DNA from: Camelus dromedarius
Lineage: Eukaryota
Assembly (NCBI RefSeq): GCF_036321535.1
Contig: NC_087447.1
Coordinates: forward strand, 36,210,001 to 36,274,000
DNA length: 64,000 nt
Direction: 5' to 3'
Shown here: piece after piece, positions 60,536 through 64,000 of the stretch
Layout: each line of letters opens with the position of its first letter
How positions within the stretch are numbered: the stretch's first letter is position 1
Position numbers and translations under genes: made by a program
The notes under the pieces: model-generated
Seen by the model: the letters and a program-made list of their open reading frames with translations, nothing else
What the model was told of the DNA's origin: nothing
Databases searched by the model: none

Positions 60536-61844
60536 GGAGGCCACTGAACACTTGTCTAATCTTGGGTTGTTGCAGAGTTTATTGGAAGTTTTATGAAAAT
60601 ATGCCATACCTTTTGAATTTTATGACTGAAATAAAAATGACGAAAATCCTGTTCACATAGTCAGAAAATTAAATTGGAATGTTTACCTGGTTTTATAACA
60701 TTTGATGAAAGCTCTAGACAAGTCTGAATTTATGAGATCTATAAAATGTGAGTTGTTGAGAGGGCAGCAGGGCTGGCTTTGGGGATGGAGATCATGTGAC
60801 TCTGTGGAGAGCAGCAGAAGGATTTCTGAATTCTGAAAGTGTTCTTGGTCATGTATTTCTGGCTGACACTTTGTTGATGTTTTTCATCCATTGGTCAGAA
60901 GGAAAAAAAAAGAATGGCCTTAATTAAAATTTCTATTGTCTTTGCTGCAGAGGAAGGAAGCCTTTTTGTGGTTGTCATGGTGATGTCTGAATGACGCTGT
61001 TGAAGTGGGTAGTGATTGCCATCCGGAGCCCTGAGATGAGCATTTATCATTTTCCTTGCCCCCTGAGAGGCCTGCAGAACCATACGGCACAATTCCTTCA
61101 TCGCCATTTAAATTCGAATTTGAGCCAAATGTGTGTGTGCATGAGGGAAAGAGCTGCAACCGTAGTTAGAGCCATAAAGTCTGAACCCCACTTCTAATTA
61201 CTTTGTGCTCCTGAAGCAAAATGGCATATGTGAGGTGCTCATGAAAAGTCTCAGAAAGTAATCAGGAACTGCCAGCCTTTCACGTGGCACAGCAGGACAG
61301 CCTGGGAGGCCTCCTCCCATTCCCAGCCCTCCTGCCCGCTCCCAGGCACTCTGAAGTCTTTGCCTGACACACCTTCTCTGTGGGCAGCCCCTTGAATGTG
61401 GCTTGCACTTAATGCATGGCAACTTTAAATGCTGCCACTTACCATCAGTCCTCCGGCACCCCTCCCTGTACCCAGCTGGCACACTAGAGCCTTCAGGCTG
61501 CACGCAGGGAGAGTGTGCTTGTTTCTGACAGTAAAACCAGGCTCTCTTGCTGGCTTTGGGGTTGCTGCACCATGTGATTTTGTGTAGGAAAGGAAAGGGG
61601 GGAAGAATGATGTTGTGCAGCTGGGTAATATGGATGGGTTTTTCAGAGCTTTGTCTGCACATGGGTCACCCCCCACCCCCGAGGCCTGAAGAAGAAAGGA
61701 CAATGACACCCCTCTTCCCCAGTGATGCTGCACAGCTGCATAGTGTGGGTGGATTTTCCATAGCTCTGTCTGCAGGTGTGAAGAAGACAGGCTTATGATA
61801 CCTCCCAACCCCACCAGGATATCTCTACTATAACCTTTTAGGTA

Positions 61845-62060
61845 GAGTGGTGTCATGACAGAGAGCAGAGAATTTGCCTGCAGGGAACTGGTTCAGGTGT
61901 TAGCTCCACCCCTTAGCTAGCCATGTGAGCCGGGGCGAGAACTTAACCTCTAGAGCTTTGGTTTCCTCTTCTATGAAACTGTAACAATGACAGTAACTCT
62001 CTCTCCAGGTCATTGTATTGTGTGAGATGATGCTTTGTTGGCTGTATGTGATATATAAGC
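61845..62060 (+). mobile_element. MIR SINE
   Basis: 'acttaacctctagagctttggtttcctcttctatgaaactgtaacaatgacagta'. Confidence 0.8.
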
Positions 62061-62069
62061 TGTAAATTC

Positions 62070-62690
62070 TAATTCTTTAAGCTCATATTGTATACGAGGC
62101 TCTGTGTTGGAGAATCAGAGCTGACAGAGAGGGAGTGCCAGAACAACAATCAGAATAAGATGGAAATGTGTGATAACTGTGTGCACCAGCAGGCACTTAA
62201 CCCTGCCTAGTGTCAGGGAAGGCTCCTAAGAGGCGGTGACCCTTGCCTTGAGTCCTGAAGGATGGATAGAAGTTAGCCAGAGAGACAGGGAGACAACCTT
62301 CAAGAAAAGGGAACTGTGTGCAAAGACACTGAGGCACCAGTGCAGCCTACCGAGCGGTGAACCATGAAGCAGGGAGCAAAGAAAGGCTGGTGTTTGCCTT
62401 TGTCCAGAAGGTGAGGGGAGCTAACGGATGCTTTAAGGCCAGGAGTGACAATTTTATAGATTTAGAAATACTGCTGGTGGCTGTGTGGAGAATTACTGAA
62501 AGTTACTTAGGAATAGGTGGATGAGTACAGAGATGGGGTGATGACCTTAGAGGCTGCTGCAGTCATCCCAGTGAGAGTGGCCGTGGGGATGGAGATGGTG
62601 GGCTGGACTGTGAAATAGGAAGTAAGGCGGACTAGTCTGACTGACAGGGAATAAAGGAAAGCCATAGGATGACTCCAGCATTTCTAAATG
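62070..62690 (-). mobile_element. L2 fragment
   Basis: 'gtcagggaaggctcctaagaggcggtgac...tgagtcctgaaggatggatagaagttagccag', 'aggctgctgcagtcatcccagtgagag', 'aggatgactcc'. Confidence 0.8.
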
Positions 62691-62840
62691 GTTTTACTGT
62701 TGGCATTTTGGGAGGGACAGATTTTCATTTTGAGTAACAGTGTCCTCACCCTGGATCCCCTGTCCAATAAAAGCTCCCTTCTTATGACAACAGAAATGTC
62801 ACTGTAATTTTTCCAAATGCCCCTGGTTAAAAACCATGAA
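62690..62840. mobile_element. MER20-like fragment
   Basis: 'ttggcattttgggagggacagatt...tgacaac...ccaaatgcccctggttaaaaacca'. Confidence 0.5.
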
Positions 62841-64000
62841 ATGGTCGTTTCACCAACATAGGGAATAAAAGAGGAGGAGTGGGAAGAGTTCTCTTTGGGA
62901 ATATGTTGATTTTATGTTTGATTTACATCTTGGTGGACATACAGGCGGTTGGATCTTGGGATCCAGTGCTGGAGATACAGCTTCAGGAGTCATGCCCATG
63001 GCAGCAAATGAGCTTTCCAGGGAGGATATTTAGCATGAGAAGGGGCAAGGGGAAGGCAGAACCTTGGGGACCATCGTGAATCTTCTTCGACACTGTGTGT
63101 TGGGGAGGACAGATGGTATTCCAGGGCCTGCAGGGAGGAGGAAACGGAAGCTTGGCAAGAGCAAATGTCGTTTCCAAGTTTCTTTTTAAGTCTGTTTTGA
63201 CAAATTCTCTACTTGGCCCAGCCAGTGTCCAGATGAGGCAGTGGAAAAGTGGGTTTTGCCCCTTTTCTTTGAGGGCTCTTTAATGCTTTTTTTTTTGTGG
63301 CCAGTTGGACCAAGTGCCTCAATGACTTAGTTGTTACAATCATTGTGTCACCTTGGGTTTAGATGTCTGTGTACATTCGTAAGGAGGCATCTCACGATTT
63401 GCTTTTCCCCTGCAGTGGCAGATTTCTTCCTCGGCGCCCTCTGTGTTCTTGGTTCACTGATTAATAGACACTTGAGGAATTGCAGGGAGGCGTTTAACAT
63501 GCATCAGATACCATCACTAGCAGAGAAAGTGATTCACTGAGCTCTCTCCGATGCGCTGTCTGCATCCCTTCCCGCCGATACAGTTTGACGTTGGGGAATT
63601 GAGTCTGGATCTGGAAAAGTGCAGTTTGAATGTGTGATTCAGAGTCAGTGATGTGCAGCTGTCTCCAAAGTAGGGGTGCTTGGAGAGGCGGATGGGGAGG
63701 GGCCCAGGAAGCTTTGCACACCCACTGCCATTCCATTACCTTCTTCAAAGGTAGGGGTCATTCCAGGCTAACGATCAACAAGTTCTGGCCTCTAGCCTTT
63801 AGGCTTTCACCCACCCCTACCCATGCCAGGGGGTTGGGACTTCAGACGGGGATGTGGAGGGCTAGCGATTTATTTTCAGAGCATGAAGATTCTAGTAAGA
63901 ATGACTTCTAGTAAGCCCTTACCCTGTACCAAAGTTTTCGTCTTGCCTTGGGAATATACAGAGCCAGTTTTACCATGTTGTCTTCATGGCAAATAGTCCT

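Larger units (their letters stand above)
1..64000 (+). other. Probable interior of a very long intron of a + strand gene (camelid genome)
   Basis: No recognisable coding exon in 64 kb. About 11 L1 fragments lie on - versus 2 on +, on both sides of the CpG island. G/T excess on + is judged by eye only. Inference. Confidence 0.6.

Noticed and set aside
1..64000. CRISPR arrays, operons, prophage or defence systems, rRNA, known miRNA or snoRNA
   Set aside because: Sequence is mammalian and repeat-laden; I saw no regularly spaced repeats or recognisable structured RNA. An Infernal/Rfam scan would be needed to exclude small RNAs formally.

Overview
Mammalian nuclear DNA, not prokaryotic. Two short tRNA-Ala-derived SINEs (vic-1 type) and an artiodactyl-type L1 3' end point to a camelid (alpaca/vicuna/camel). 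I saw no Alu, B1/B2, Bov-tA/BovB, PRE-1 or Can-SINE elements. I found no recognisable internal protein-coding exon, RNA gene or CRISPR array; apart from two L1 ORF2 remnants and a few other repeat-derived frames, the ORF track appears to be chance ORFs. The window looks like part of one very long intron of a + strand gene (most L1 fragments are antisense to +). It is filled with ancient repeats (MIR, L2, L3/CR1, L1M, MLT1, MER5/20/33, Tigger1) and microsatellites. The main non-repeat structure is a ~1.1 kb CpG island (~38.3-39.4 kb). It has an upstream CTCF-like site, a candidate 83-nt coding first exon (MESRRCPLGDACPAALGGWRGPPRGCC, then CAG|GTGTGT) that the ORF track misses, and a CDX+HNF1 motif pair at its 3' edge. 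Together these suggest an internal alternative promoter of an epithelial gene; PLEKHA7 intron 3 is an unverified guess from memory. I cannot support a wholly new biological system here. The best leads are this internal promoter/N-terminus, several splice-signal oddities and a few CpG-retaining candidate enhancers. Repeat subfamily names come from recalled consensus motifs, and boundaries without TSD/TIR support are approximate (tens of bp).
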